Assembly: GCA_964016885.1 (NCBI GenBank) | Contig: OZ024755.1 | Coordinates: forward strand, 39,494,001-39,558,000 | Length of the DNA: 64,000 nt | Source: Eledone cirrhosa | Lineage: Eukaryota | Direction: 5' to 3' | Shown here: positions 1-15,235 of the stretch, in pieces | Layout: each line of letters starts with the position of its first letter | Numbering within the stretch: the stretch's first letter is position 1 | Position numbers and translations under genes: made by a program | Notes under the pieces: model-generated | Told to the model about the DNA's origin: nothing | The model's input: only the letters and a program-made list of their open reading frames with translations | Databases searched by the model: none

Positions 1-210
1 TCCGCATTAAGTCCTCATTGCGCTTTTCATTCGTTTGCATACACACACACTTCTATGTGTGTGTGTGTGTATGTTTGTGCGGGTGTGTATGTATGCCTGA
101 ATATATGAACGCACACAAACACACACACACATCTATATGCGTGTGTGTATGTGTTTGTGAGCGTGTTTATGTATGCCTGAATATATTAACACACACAAAC
201 AATCCCCCCA

Positions 211-704
<494 letters not shown>

Positions 705-859
705 TATATATATATATATTATTTATGTATTATGAAACACATATTGTCATTTGTGGTGGTTGAATGGTTCTGTCACACTTCATACACAGATTTCTGTGTA
801 TGAAATAAGTTAAATTTCTGTTTACATAAAGAAAGAGAGAGAGAGATAGCTATGTGGTT

Positions 860-1533
860 AAAAAGCTCACTTGATATTATATACACGGCAAAGTAGGAGT
901 GGGGTTTAGTAGTACACTTGATATACACACGGGGAGGTAGCAATGAGTTTTTGAGGTTCACTCGATGATATATACACGGGAAAGTAGTAGTGAGGTTTTG
1001 AGGTTCCATAGATGATATATACACGGGAAGGTAGCAGTGAGGTTTTGAGGTTCTCGAGATGATATTTACATGGAGAGATAGCAGACAGGTTTTGAGGTTC
1101 TCGAGATGAAATATACACGGGAAAGTAGTAGTGAGGTGTTGATGTTGTCTTGATGATATATACACGGGAAGGTAGCAGTGAGGTTTTGAGGCTCTCGAGC
1201 TGATATTTACACGGAGAAGTAGCAGTGAAGGTTTAGAAGTTCACGAGATGATATATACACGGGAAGGTAGCAGTGGGGTTTTGAGGTTCTCGAGTTGATA
1301 TTTACACGGAGCGGTAGCAGTGAAGGTTTAGAAGTTCACGAGATGATATATACACGGGAAGGTAGCAGTGAGGTTTTGAGGTTCTCGAGTTGATATTTAC
1401 ACGGAGCGGTAGCAGTGAAGGTTTAGAAGTTCACGAGATGATATATACACGGGAAGGTAGCAGTGAGGTTTTGAGGTTCTCGAGTTGATATTTACACGGA
1501 GCGGTAGCATCTTTGTTTAGAAGTTCACTTGGT
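860..1533. repeat. 47-bp minisatellite, ~14 units, alternating A/B (94-bp) units in the 3' half
   Basis: Unit gaggttttgaggttctcgagatgatatatacacgggaaggtagcagt. Units alternate ttttgagg/tttagaag and gggaagg/ggagcgg from ~1150. Confidence 0.9.
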
Positions 1534-1697
1534 AAAGATCTGAGGTGTTTTTGGCAATGTGGTTCTTGGATTAAAATTTACCACCAGTTAACCTGGGTAA
1601 GTACCTTGTAATTATATCCTTGCTTGTGTCCAGTGGAATGTGATCCTAATTTAGTATATGGGAACCTTATACGTGTGTACCTATATTTATATCTGTG

Positions 1698-2010
1698 AGG
1701 GTAGCTTAGTTGTTACAGGGGTCAGCTCATGATCGCAAGAACGGGAATTAGATTCTTGGCGGTGCTACGTTTCCTTGAACAATAAATATATTTTAAGTTG
1801 GTCCAGTCCACTGAGGTAGTAAAACATTTAGTTGTACATATATTTCAAAGAGCCAACCCTATTACATAATCTTTCATGTTGGATCTTCCTGAGAACTATG
1901 TTAAGTGTATAGGTGCCGGTGGAAAGCTCAGGAAAGTGTGACATTTCCAGAGAAGACTGTTCCGTTGTTAAAGCAACTGGAAGACTCCTCGTCGGAACCG
2001 ATGAAAGTCC
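1698..2010 (+). mobile_element. Degenerate tRNA-derived SINE
   Basis: Decayed A-box-like start (gtagcttagttg), ccttgaacaa...ttggtccagtccactg core, and 3' ctgttccgttg...ctcgtcggaaccgatg followed by (CA)n. Resembles cephalopod SINEs from recall. Confidence 0.45.
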
Positions 2011-2057
2011 ATTAAACACATACACACACACACACATACACACGCACACACTCACAC

Positions 2058-2097
<40 letters not shown>

Positions 2098-2669
2098 TCA
2101 CACACACACACATACACACATCCAAACACTAGAACACATCCAAACACACACACACACACACACATACACAGGCACACGCATCCATACACACACCCATACA
2201 CACACCAAAATACACACACACACATCCAAACATTCGCACATATCCAAACACGCACACACACACACACACACACGCACAGACACACACACGCACACACCCA
2301 AATACAGGCACACACCCATACACATACACACATCCAAACACTCGCACATATCCAAGCACACAGACACACACACATTTCCAAACACACACACATCGAAACC
2401 CCCACATACCCCCACACGCCTATATTTCTATTTTCATTTATATTGATCAGTGAAAATGCAACAGTGCTTCAGTATTTATAGCCGATAGTTTGTTGTGAAA
2501 GGGAGATCGATAAGGTATGTACGACACTGGAATTGGTACTTCTGTCCATTGAATATTAACTACTGCTGCTCCAGCATGGTCACTGTCCAAGAATACCATT
2601 GAAAACGTGAGGAACATGAATATATATGCACTATGAAGTCATGCATTCATGACTTCATAGTGTATGCGG

Positions 2670-2707
<38 letters not shown>

Positions 2708-2712
2708 GTATG

Positions 2713-2779
<67 letters not shown>

Positions 2780-2780
2780 G

Positions 2781-2986
<206 letters not shown>

Positions 2987-3022
2987 TAAAAGTCAAATGA
3001 TTAAAATTTAGCTTCGTTTATT

Positions 3023-3077
3023 ACTGCTATATATATTTCAGTGACAGCCATCTTTGGCTGTGACCTCTTCAGGCAGT
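3023..3077 (-). ncRNA. Minimal type I hammerhead ribozyme motif
   Basis: actgc CTGAAGA ggtcacagcca-aaga-tggctgtcact GAAA tatata TA gcagt. Perfect 5-bp stem I, long stem II, palindromic stem III. Confidence 0.85.
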
Positions 3078-3400
3078 TTGAATTAGTATGGTATAGACAA
3101 GTACATATGTTGTTTAGGTGTATAATATTGTCAATACTCTGATATGCCCAGTTCCTTGTTGGGTTGTTGTTTCACTGAGGAACTTTATATACTTTATAAA
3201 ACTCTTTCTTAAAAGAATTGTACCTTCAATAATATTACAAAGGGTAGAAAAAAAACAGACCCTTAAATATATTTTCTGTAATATTTCCAACTTCACCTTT
3301 TCTCTATGTCTACTGTTTTGTATAGAACCTTACCTCCGTTTTCTAATATATATATATAAACATATATACACATATGCCTATAAATATATATATATATATA

Positions 3401-3808
3401 TACGATATTAAATAAATGGAAACTATATTTATAAAACCATATCTATTTCATTATATATATTTCAGGGATATCATATTAACAATATGTTATGCCTTCTTCA
3501 GACAAAATACAATATAGACAGTTTTATAGATAAATAGATTTGACATACCGTTCAACATCGACTTGTATTTGAAAAAGTTGATTTGGCATTATCTATAAAA
3601 CTGTCTATATTGTATTTTGTCTGAAGAAGGCATAACATATTGTTAATATGATATCCCTGAAATATATATAATGAAATAGATATGGTTTTATAAATATAGT
3701 TTCCATTTATTTAATATCGTAAATATACTCCAAATACTTGTTGAGTGCTTTTATATCAGTTATAAATATTTACTAGTTGTAACCCAACAATTTAAATATA
3801 ACTTTCCA
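3401..3808 (+). mobile_element. Fold-back PLE remnant, family A copy 2, with hammerheads at 3444-3509 (-) and 3613-3678 (+)
   Basis: Essentially perfect ~133-bp inverted arms 3401-3533 and 3589-3721, tail 3722-3808, (TA)n on both sides. CTGAAGA at 3621 and GAAA at 3659. Confidence 0.85.
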
Positions 3809-3901
3809 TATATATATATATATATATATATATAGGAACGAGTAGGACCCCGACGGCTGAGCTCAAGCCGTTTCGACGGCTAATTCTGGACTATTTCCTC
3901 C

Positions 3902-3963
<62 letters not shown>

Positions 3964-3996
3964 AGAACAAAAGATGGTTAAAGGAGTTCCATGTAT

Positions 3997-4061
3997 TTTA
4001 TTATGCGCATTTCAAAAACAAATATCATCATGCAATAATATTGGTGTTTTCATCAGATAAA
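3997..4061 (-). ncRNA. Minimal type I hammerhead ribozyme motif (family B)
   Basis: tttat CTGATGA aaacaccaatatt...gatatttgttttt GAAA tgcgca TA ataaa, with palindromic stem III ATGCGCAT. Homolog at 22120-22186. Confidence 0.8.
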
Positions 4062-4095
4062 CCAGAGGATAGTTCGGTTTTAAATCAACATATGT

Positions 4096-4184
<89 letters not shown>

Positions 4185-4212
4185 AATATACATATATATA
4201 TACAATTGCCTC

Positions 4213-4260
<48 letters not shown>

Positions 4261-4692
4261 CATATGTGTATATATGTATGTATCTGTATATGCATGTACG
4301 TATGTGCATGAATATGTGTGTATTTGTATGTATATCTGCATATATGTATGCTTATAAGCGTATGTATGAAGGTATGTATGTGTATATACTATGTATGTAT
4401 ATGTATAAATATATATATGCATATATGTAAGTATATACGTATATGTGCTTCTATATACGGATATGTATGTATATATGTATCGACGTTTGCATATTATATG
4501 TGTGTGTGTATGTACGTATGTATGTATGTATATATTTATGTATGTATATATGGGATGTATATATGTATGTATGGGTAGATAAATGCGTGCACATATGTGT
4601 TACCGTGGAAAGAGTTACCAAGTGTAATATATATTGTATATTTTTTACTTTACCGAAATTGATAATTCAAATGGACACACACACATACACAC

Positions 4693-4759
<67 letters not shown>

Positions 4760-4871
4760 TATGGGATACTGTTGGCTCCTTGCTACAATACTTTCTATAC
4801 CTTTCATTTATATATATATATTATTCAAAATATTAATAAATGAAGACATTCACATAATCAAAATATATGTA

Positions 4872-4930
4872 TTATTATATATACTTCGAAGGTACTGTGC
4901 TGTTTTTTCAGTACGTCCTCGTCAGATAAA
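4872..4930 (-). ncRNA. Hammerhead motif with mutated core (GAAG)
   Basis: ttat CTGACGA ggacgtactg...cagtaccttc GAAG tatata TA ataa. Same family as the 30088-30410 copies. Confidence 0.6.
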
Positions 4931-4949
4931 ATACATGAATTTGATGTAT

Positions 4950-4989
4950 TATATATTATATATATATATTATATATATATATATATATG

Positions 4990-5061
<72 letters not shown>

Positions 5062-5130
5062 TATATATATACATATATATAATATATACATATATATAAT
5101 ATATACATATATAATATATACATATATATA

Positions 5131-5200
<70 letters not shown>

Positions 5201-5357
5201 TACATATATATAATATATACATATATAATATATACATATATATAATATATACATATATATATATATATATTATATAAATATATATATATAATATATACAT
5301 ATTTATATATATATGTATATATATAATACATACATATATATAATATATACATATATA

Positions 5358-5397
<40 letters not shown>

Positions 5398-5426
5398 GAT
5401 ACATATATATAATATATACATATATA

Positions 5427-5510
<84 letters not shown>

Positions 5511-5562
5511 ATATATTATATATATATATAATATATACATATATATATATATTATATATGAA

Positions 5563-5606
<44 letters not shown>

Positions 5607-5669
5607 TATATATATATATTATATATGAATATATATTATATATATATATATATATAATATATACATATA

Positions 5670-5735
<66 letters not shown>

Positions 5736-5797
5736 TATATATATATATATTTTTATAAATATATATATATATAATATGTACATATATATATATTTTA

Positions 5798-5845
<48 letters not shown>

Positions 5846-5925
5846 TATATACATATATATACTTTAATAAATATATATATATATATATAAAATATATACA
5901 TATATATAGATATATTTTAATAAAT

Positions 5926-5990
<65 letters not shown>

Positions 5991-6102
5991 TATATATATT
6001 TTAATAAATATATATATATATATTTATATATTTATATATCTATTATATATATAATATATACATATATATATATTTTAATAAATATATATATATATATTAT
6101 AT

Positions 6103-6137
<35 letters not shown>

Positions 6138-6556
6138 TTTAATAAATATATATATATATATATAATATATACATATATATATATATATAATATATACATA
6201 TATATATATAAAATATATACATATATATCTATTTATATATATATATTATATATATATATAATATATATATATATAATATATATATATATACTATATTCAT
6301 ATATATATTTATATATACATTATATATATATATATATTATACAACGAAGGAAATGTGGTAAGGAACCAGGTGGACCATAACGCACCAAATTACTCAATAC
6401 TTAGGGTATTAGAGTGGGTAATAGGAACCAGTAAGACCCCGACGGCTGAGCTCAAGCCGTTTCGACGGCTAATTCTGGACTTAGAATTAGCCGTCGAAAC
6501 GGCTTGAGCTCAGTCGTCGGGGTCTTACTTGTTCCTATATATTATATATATATATG

Positions 6557-6600
<44 letters not shown>

Positions 6601-6616
6601 TATATATATATTTATA

Positions 6617-6669
<53 letters not shown>

Positions 6670-6706
6670 ATAATATATACATATATATATATATTTATAT
6701 ATATAT

Positions 6707-6738
<32 letters not shown>

Positions 6739-6870
6739 ATAATATATACATATATATATATTTATATATATATTATATATGTATATATATATATATTATA
6801 TATATATATATATATAATATATATATATACATAATATAAACATATATATATATTTATATATATATATTAT

Positions 6871-6922
<52 letters not shown>

Positions 6923-6938
6923 TATATATAAATTTATA

Positions 6939-7012
<74 letters not shown>

Positions 7013-7030
7013 TATATATAGATTTATATA
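4950..7030. repeat. Degenerate (TA)n microsatellite field interrupted by a family C insertion
   Basis: Near-continuous TA with recurring taatatatacata variants. Confidence 0.95.
6341..6536 (-). mobile_element. Fold-back PLE remnant, family C (half-hammerhead palindrome plus tail)
   Basis: Palindrome ~6422-6536 centred ~6479 plus an 80-nt tail. Homologs at 14759-14945 and 31371-31564, partial copies at 3833-3890 and 22602-22661. Confidence 0.8.
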
Positions 7031-7061
7031 TAGTTATGTAATAAACAACATAAGGCAATTA

Positions 7062-7120
7062 TTCCATTTACCAGTGGTTTCTTAAAAGCAAAAAAATTTG
7101 CATTCTATCCTCAGAATGAA
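7062..7120 (-). ncRNA. Type I hammerhead in the inverted pLTR
   Basis: ttcatt CTGAGGA tagaatgcaaa...ttgcttttaa GAAA ccactgg TA aatgga. Confidence 0.75.
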
Positions 7121-7254
7121 AGAATCCTAGTCTGTTTATTGAATTTGGGTTTTAAAAACAAAAATGCAATCTCTATGAAAGTGACGCTGGAGAAAGAAGA
7201 AGGAAAGGAAAAATTAAATAAAAACACACATGCAAACATACACACACACAAAAG

Positions 7255-7346
<92 letters not shown>

Positions 7347-7528
7347 CATACACTCATACATACACACACACATATTCACATATATATGTGTATATAAATA
7401 CACACATACACATACATATACACATACATGTATACGCACATAAATATCAACACATCCATACATACACATACATATATACAACCACACACACATATATACA
7501 CACATATATATATAGAAATATAAATATA

Positions 7529-7560
<32 letters not shown>

Positions 7561-7937
7561 CAGACATGCATACACATACACATACATAGCCATACACACA
7601 TACATATACATACATACATACATGCACACAATCATACCTATATACACACGTACATACATACATATACATAAATGCGTACATATGCATGTACAAAATTAGA
7701 AAAATATACACACCTATACATATTCACACACGCAAATATATATAAGAAAAAATATATATAAAAAATAAAACAATTATACAGTTGACAGCGATACATGCGA
7801 CGAGTAGATGAACAGACACGCGTGGTAAGCATACACACAAATGCACGTACACATACGTACGAAAAAGTAAATACATACACACACCCTCACACATAAATAT
7901 ACATATACAAATACATAAACACATACATATATATATA

Positions 7938-9906
7938 TTCAGTGCTGATACTAATGATTGTTTTGACATAAAATCCCGTAAATATCCACCTAGAATTAAA
8001 GACATGGCCAACTTCGAATTAGACCTTGTTAATCTAACTAGTGATATCAAATTTCGTAAGTACAATAATAACTTTCAAACTAAACTATCTAACGATATTT
8101 CTAATTTTAGAAATTCTACAAACACTTTTGTTCTTTCTGATAAAACTAAAAATCTCTTTGAAGTCAATAGTACTTTGTATAACCAACTTTTAACTAATAG
8201 TATTACCAACAAATATCAATTAACTAATAATAATACCTACAATACTATCAATAAAGAAGCTAAAGAACTAGCTAGTTCTTTAAAAATAGACAACCGGATT
8301 GAAAGCCTAGCTAAGCGTAAAGAATATATTACCCTTAAAGACCATAAATTGGACTTTACTAATCGACCTAGTTGTAGACTGATTAACCCGGCTAAATCCG
8401 AAGTTGGCCTTGCAAGTAAAAAAATCTTAAGAAAAATAATTCTCCTAATTAGAACTAACACTGACCTATCACAGTGGCTAAATACTTCCTCTGTTATTTC
8501 TTGGTTTAATAATATACAAGGTAAAAATAAGTGTAGATTTACCCAATTTGATATTGTTGATTTTTACCCCTCTATTACTGTTTCCTTATTAACTTATGCC
8601 TTAGATTTTGCAAGACCCTTCATTAATATTTCTAAATTAGAAGAAGACATTATCTTTCATGCTAGTAAAACTTTACTCTTTACTAATGAAAATATTTGGG
8701 TTAAAAAGTCAAACCCTGAAAACTCTTTTGATGTTGCAATGGGTTCATATGACAGTGCGGATGTGTGTGACTTAGTAGGATTATTCCTTCTCCACACCCT
8801 CAAAGAGAAATTTCCTTCCCATAATATTGGTTTATACCGTGATGACGGATTGGCAGTTTCTCATACCACCAACGGCCATAACCTTGATAAATTCCGTAAA
8901 GATTTAATCAATACTTTTTCTAATCTTAACCTTAAAATCACTATAGATACGAACATTACCAATGCTAACTTTCTTGATATTAATCTTGATCTACTTACCG
9001 CCTCTTTTAAACCCTATCATAAACCTAATGAAAATCTTAGGTATATACACAAAGAGTCTTGCCATCCCCGTATAGTTTTTTAATAATCTTATTCCTAACA
9101 TTAGCCGTAGGATTTCTACCTTATCTTCGTCTATAGACATTTTTAATAAAGCCGCCCCTTATTATAATAAAGCCCTTAAGAACAGCGGTTTTACTCCCCC
9201 CTAAAACTAACCACAATAATAGGAAAAGGAAAATTATTTGGTTCACACCCCCTTCTCTCTAACTGTCAAAACTAATGTAGGAAGGACATTCCTTGAACTC
9301 TTAGACACACATTTTCCTCCTAATCATAGATATTATAAGATATTTAATAGGAACGTAGTTAAGATCAGTTACTCTTGTTGCCCATCTATGAAGTCCAAGA
9401 TCACTAGTTCAAATCATACGAGAACAAATCCAGGATGCAGTTGCAGGAAGCCGGATGAATGCCCATTGCAGGGTAAATGTAACACCAAATCTGTTGTTTA
9501 TGAGGCCAAAATAACACCGGTAATCAACAACAAGCCAGCCAGGAGTGAGCGATATGTCGGTATGACCCAGAACAGGTTTCAAACCAGATTTTACTCACAT
9601 GTCGCTTCTTTTAAGCACTCCGATAAACGAACATCAACGGCCCTCGCAAGTAAGGTGTGGGAATTCAAGGATAGTAACATCCCGTACTCTATCGATTGGT
9701 CTATCTTAGACCATTCGAGGGAGTACAAAAGGGGCACAAAGAATTGTCCTTTGTGTACCACAGAAAAATATAGGATTTTGCTAAACTTGAGAGCCACTTC
9801 TGCTTGCCTAAACTCAAAGACTCAGACCTTCAGATGTTGTCCTCATCTGAAATCACATCTGATCTGTAACTGGATTGACACTCCTATGATAAATCAACCG
9901 CCTTGA
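7938..9906 (+). pseudogene. PLE reverse transcriptase / GIY-YIG endonuclease, frameshifted
   Basis: RT motifs RLINPAKSE, FDIVDFYPSI, MGSYDSADVCDLVG, GLYRDDGL, NFLDINLDL. Thumb region HPRIVF/NNLIPNISRRIS. CSC-x5-CPL-x3-C, VVYEA...YVGMT...RF..R...H, CPLC. Frameshifts in homopolymers near 9080, 9200 and 9250. Confidence 0.92.
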
Positions 9907-10150
9907 ACTCCTTCTCTGCTCTTTACTTCTACTACGGTTTTTTTTTTCTTTTTTTTTACTGAATGTACTCTTGTATTCTTTTTCTCCCTTATCTCCCCTT
10001 ATATTTCACCTTTTCCTATGTCTTCCCTCCCCATATATTCTTTTTGCCTTACCCTTCACATACCAAAATGTATGTGTATGTATGTGTATATGTATATATA
10101 TATATATATGTGTGTGTATATATATGTATATGTAGATAGACCAGGTTTTT

Positions 10151-10208
10151 TTCATTCTGAGGATTGAAGGCAAAATTTTTTGCTTTTAAGAAACCACTGG
10201 TGAATGAA
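10151..10208 (+). ncRNA. Type I hammerhead, internal copy with non-cleavable UG at the cleavage site
   Basis: ttcatt CTGAGGA ttgaaggcaaa...ttgcttttaa GAAA ccactgg TG aatgaa. Confidence 0.7.
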
Positions 10209-10291
10209 ATAATTGCCTTGTATTGTTTATTACATTACTACTATATATATGTATATATAAGGTTCATATGAATTATCTAAGATTGAGTTTT

Positions 10292-10330
<39 letters not shown>

Positions 10331-10332
10331 GA

Positions 10333-10363
<31 letters not shown>

Positions 10364-10505
10364 GTATGTGTGTTTGTGTGTTTGTATTTGGTTGTGCGTG
10401 TTTGTGATATGTACGTATTTGTATGTGTATAATTGTATAGCTATGTATGTGTGTGTGTATGTATATATATATATGTATATATGTGTGTGTATGTGTGTGC
10501 GTATT

Positions 10506-10540
<35 letters not shown>

Positions 10541-10978
10541 GTATGTGTATATGTGTGTATATATATGTATATGTGTGTGTGCGTGTCTGTGTATGTATTT
10601 GTGTATGTGTATGTATGTGTTTATGTATTTGTATATGTATATTTATGTGTGAGAGTGTGTGTATGTATTTACTTTTTCGTACGTATGTGTACGTGCATTT
10701 GTGTGTATTGCTCACCACGCGTGTCTGTTCATCTACTCGTCGCATGTATCGCTGTCAACTGTATAATTATTTTATTTTTTATATATATTTTTTCTCATAT
10801 TTATTTGCGTGTGTGAATATGTAGAGGTGTGTATATTTTTCTAATTTGTACATGCATATTTACGCATTTATGTATATGTATGTATGTACGTGTGTATATA
10901 GGTATGATTGTGTGCATGTATGTATGTATGTATATGTATGTGTGTATGGCTATGTATGTGTATGTGTATGCATGTATG

Positions 10979-11049
<71 letters not shown>

Positions 11050-11364
11050 CTATTTCTATATATATATATGTGTGTATATATGTGTGTGTGGTTGTATATA
11101 TGTATGTGTATGTATGGATGAGTTGATATGTATGTGCGTATGTATGTATGTGTATATGTATGTGTATGTGTGTATTTATATACACATATATATGTGTGTG
11201 TGTATGTATGAGTGTATGTATATATATATATATATGTGTGTGTGTGTTTGCATGTGTGGTTTTATTTTATTTTTCCTTTCCTTCTTCATTCTCCAGCCTC
11301 ACTTTCATATAGATTGCATTTTTGTTTTTAAAATCCAACTTCAATAAACAGACCAGGATTTTTT

Positions 11365-11418
11365 CATTCTGAGGATTGAAAGCAAAATTTTTAGCTTTTA
11401 AGAAACCACTGGTAAATG
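11365..11418 (+). ncRNA. Type I hammerhead in the 3' pLTR
   Basis: catt CTGAGGA ttgaaagc...gcttttaa GAAA ccactgg TA aatg (GUA triplet). Confidence 0.8.
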
Positions 11419-11547
11419 CAATAATTGCCTCATGTTGTTTATTACATAACTATTAAGCTCTGATACCTACATAGAGCACTCTTTTTTCCTGGACTTTTCC
11501 CACAGAATTACTTCATTTATACTTATATATATATTATATATATATAT

Positions 11548-11578
<31 letters not shown>

Positions 11579-11794
11579 TATATATATATATTATATATAT
11601 ACATATATATATATATATAATATATACATATATATATTTATATATATATATATAATATATACATATATATATTTATATATAATATATACATATATATAAT
11701 ATATATAATATATATATATATATAAATATATATATAATATATATATATATACATATATATATATTTATATATATATATTATATATATATGAAAG

Positions 11795-12006
11795 GTCGAT
11801 CGACTTTTGTCAAATCGGACCGAGGGAACGATGTTTCCATTGGTCTTTCCAATTGCTAATATTATCTATCGTTCGCAACTCCGGGTAGAAGGAGCAACGT
11901 GAAATAAAGTGTCTTCCTCAAGGACATAACGCATCGCCTGGTCCAGGAATCGAACTCACAACCTTACGATTGCGAATCCAATTCTCTAACCACTCAGCCA
12001 CACGCC
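11795..12006 (-). mobile_element. tRNA-derived SINE
   Basis: Minus strand GGCGTGTGGCTGAGTGG (A box) ... GTTCGATTCC (B box). Closely similar copy at 40058-40268. Both end in GTCGATCGAC. Confidence 0.85.
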
Positions 12007-12060
12007 TTATATATATATAATATATATATAAATATATATATATGTATTATATATACACAC

Positions 12061-12224
<164 letters not shown>

Positions 12225-12252
12225 ATATATAATACATATATATATATTTATA

Positions 12253-12320
<68 letters not shown>

Positions 12321-12952
12321 TATAATATATACATATATATATATTTATATAAATGAAAGGTATAGAAAACACTGCAGCGAAAACGAACATCATTTCATAA
12401 TATACAAGTGACTATAGCGTCAAAATGGGAAAAATAGTTAACGTAAGACGTGGGAAAAATAATTCAAACTCATCTCAAAGAGAATCAGGATATAAATTAC
12501 CGCTCCTTTTGTTGAGCTAATTTTTAATCCCATATAAACGGCTGTTATTTCTAGCGCCATGAGTATGAGATAGCTAATGAGCTGGAAAACCACGTGCGGT
12601 GGCGCTTGTACACCAGACCTCCGAAAATATTTCGAGGTGAAACATCCTAATTTTCTGGATACCTGTTGATGAACACAGAAAATGGAATCTTTCACTGTTT
12701 TTATACTATCGTTGCGAAACTTATTTGGGTTTTGAAATTCAAATTTGTCTGCGGAACAGGTTTGGATTTTGAAATATAAATTTGTCCAGGTATCACGGTT
12801 ATTGCCAATATGGGTTTGTTTTTATTGATTTATTATTTTAAATCGAGACAGGCAAACTATATTTATTTGAATTAGTTTATTTCATTCTAGCTAACATCGA
12901 CTTTTACAATACAAACACTTATGTGTTTATCATATATTAATTTATATTAACT

Positions 12953-13021
<69 letters not shown>

Positions 13022-13055
13022 TATATATATATATAATATATACATATATATATAT

Positions 13056-13113
<58 letters not shown>

Positions 13114-13503
13114 TATATATATATATATATTGTTATACTTGGGGAGGGTCATATTTGCGTAATATTGCCAGAATTAATAACAGAACACACTCACTGTTTG
13201 GTTGGTTTTCGCTTCTCGCTGTCTTTTATATCTGCGATCTAACTTACTCGGTCCTCAATGTTGCCATTGACTGACCGACGGTCAAAAATAATACAGATAC
13301 AATATAGACACAAACACATATATATAGTTTACATAATTTACATAAATCTTTCGTTGCACATCTGCAACATCGTCAGTGGTGTTATATTCATTGTTCCTCC
13401 TGTTGTGTTGTATGTCTACGCCATTTTTTTTTATTCAGTCTGTCTATATATTTATTTATTATATATATATATATTATATATATTATATATATTATATATA
13501 TTA

Positions 13504-13587
<84 letters not shown>

Positions 13588-13590
13588 TAC

Positions 13591-13751
<161 letters not shown>

Positions 13752-13760
13752 GTATATATA

Positions 13761-13804
<44 letters not shown>

Positions 13805-13882
13805 ATATATACATATATATATGTATAATATATACATATATATATATTGATATATATATATATATACATATCTATATATATA

Positions 13883-13971
<89 letters not shown>

Positions 13972-14130
13972 TATATACATATCTATATATATATAAAATA
14001 CATACATATATGTATATTTTTATATATATATGTAATATATACATATATTTATATATATATATATATATAAATATATATATAATATATACATATATATATA
14101 TTTATATATATAGATATAAATATATATATA

Positions 14131-14220
<90 letters not shown>

Positions 14221-14235
14221 AATACATGTATATAT

Positions 14236-14312
<77 letters not shown>

Positions 14313-14327
14313 TATATATATATAATA

Positions 14328-14376
<49 letters not shown>

Positions 14377-14433
14377 TATATATATGTAGTGACGAAACAT
14401 AAGTCAATTGCATGAACTCATAATCCTTTATTT

Positions 14434-14489
14434 ACTGCTATATATATTTCGATGATAGCCATTGAATGGGTATGACCTCATCAGGCAGT
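14434..14489 (-). ncRNA. Minimal type I hammerhead (homolog of 3023-3077)
   Basis: actgc CTGATGA ggtcataccca-ttcaa-tggctatcatc GAAA tatata TA gcagt. Confidence 0.8.
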
Positions 14490-14717
14490 TAGTCAGTTCT
14501 TAGATATGCCAGCTCTGTGTTTATAGTGTTGATGGTATCAGAGCCTTGGGACATATGAGCTTGTTTGGAATAAGTTAATGTTGTCAGCAGGAATAGTCTT
14601 GATTCTCATTGGTCAGTTTGTAGATGCTAGTAGGCTTGGTATTTGACCTCAAAGAAGCAGGTGGTGTTGTAAAGTTCAAACCGTCATATACATATACATA
14701 TATATATGTATGTATCT

Positions 14718-14752
<35 letters not shown>

Positions 14753-14758
14753 AATAAA

Positions 14759-14945
14759 AGGAAAAAGTATGACCCCGACGGTAGAGCTCAAGCCGTCTCG
14801 ACGGCTATTTCTGGAAATAGCCGTCTTAACGGCTTGAGCTCTGCCTTCGGGGTCATAGTTTTTCCTATTTCCCACTCTACTACCCTAAGTATTGTGTACT
14901 CTGGTGCGTTATGGTCCATCTGGTTCCTTACCACAATTCCTTTGT
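14759..14945 (+). mobile_element. Fold-back PLE remnant, family C (diverged)
   Basis: Palindrome centred ~14813 plus a tail homologous to the reverse complement of 31371-31450. Confidence 0.75.
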
Positions 14946-14965
14946 TATATTTATATATATATACA

Positions 14966-15235
14966 CAAAAGTCATCTCAAAAGTGACACAGAGGAGACTG
15001 AGGTTAGCTGGACATGCTCACCGACATCCAGAGTTGACATTGCACTCAGTGCTCCTTTGGGAGCCCCTACATGGGCACACTAGAAGAGGAAGACCAAGGT
15101 TAACGTATGTTGATGCCCTAAGGACAGACACTGGTCTGTTGGAGACGCAGGACATGGCAGCGATAATGAGGGACTGAGACGACTGGAGAGAACTCGTCCA
15201 TGGATCTCGGGAATTTTACCCGCCTTAGATATTAG
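14966..15235 (+). mobile_element. RTE-clade LINE 3' end fragment
   Basis: KVTQRRLRLAGHAHRHPE...LLWEPLHGHTRRGRPRLTYVDALRTDTG, a C-terminus typical of RTE ORF2. Homolog at 29139-29495 (-). Confidence 0.8.

Larger units (their letters stand above)
7031..11523 (+). mobile_element. 5'-truncated Penelope-like retroelement (Naiad-type) with ~900-bp inverted 5' pseudo-LTR
   Basis: 7031-7929 is the reverse complement of ~10612-11453. RT+GIY-YIG ORF lies between them. Three hammerhead copies, tail 11454-11523, inserted in (TA)n. Confidence 0.92.
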
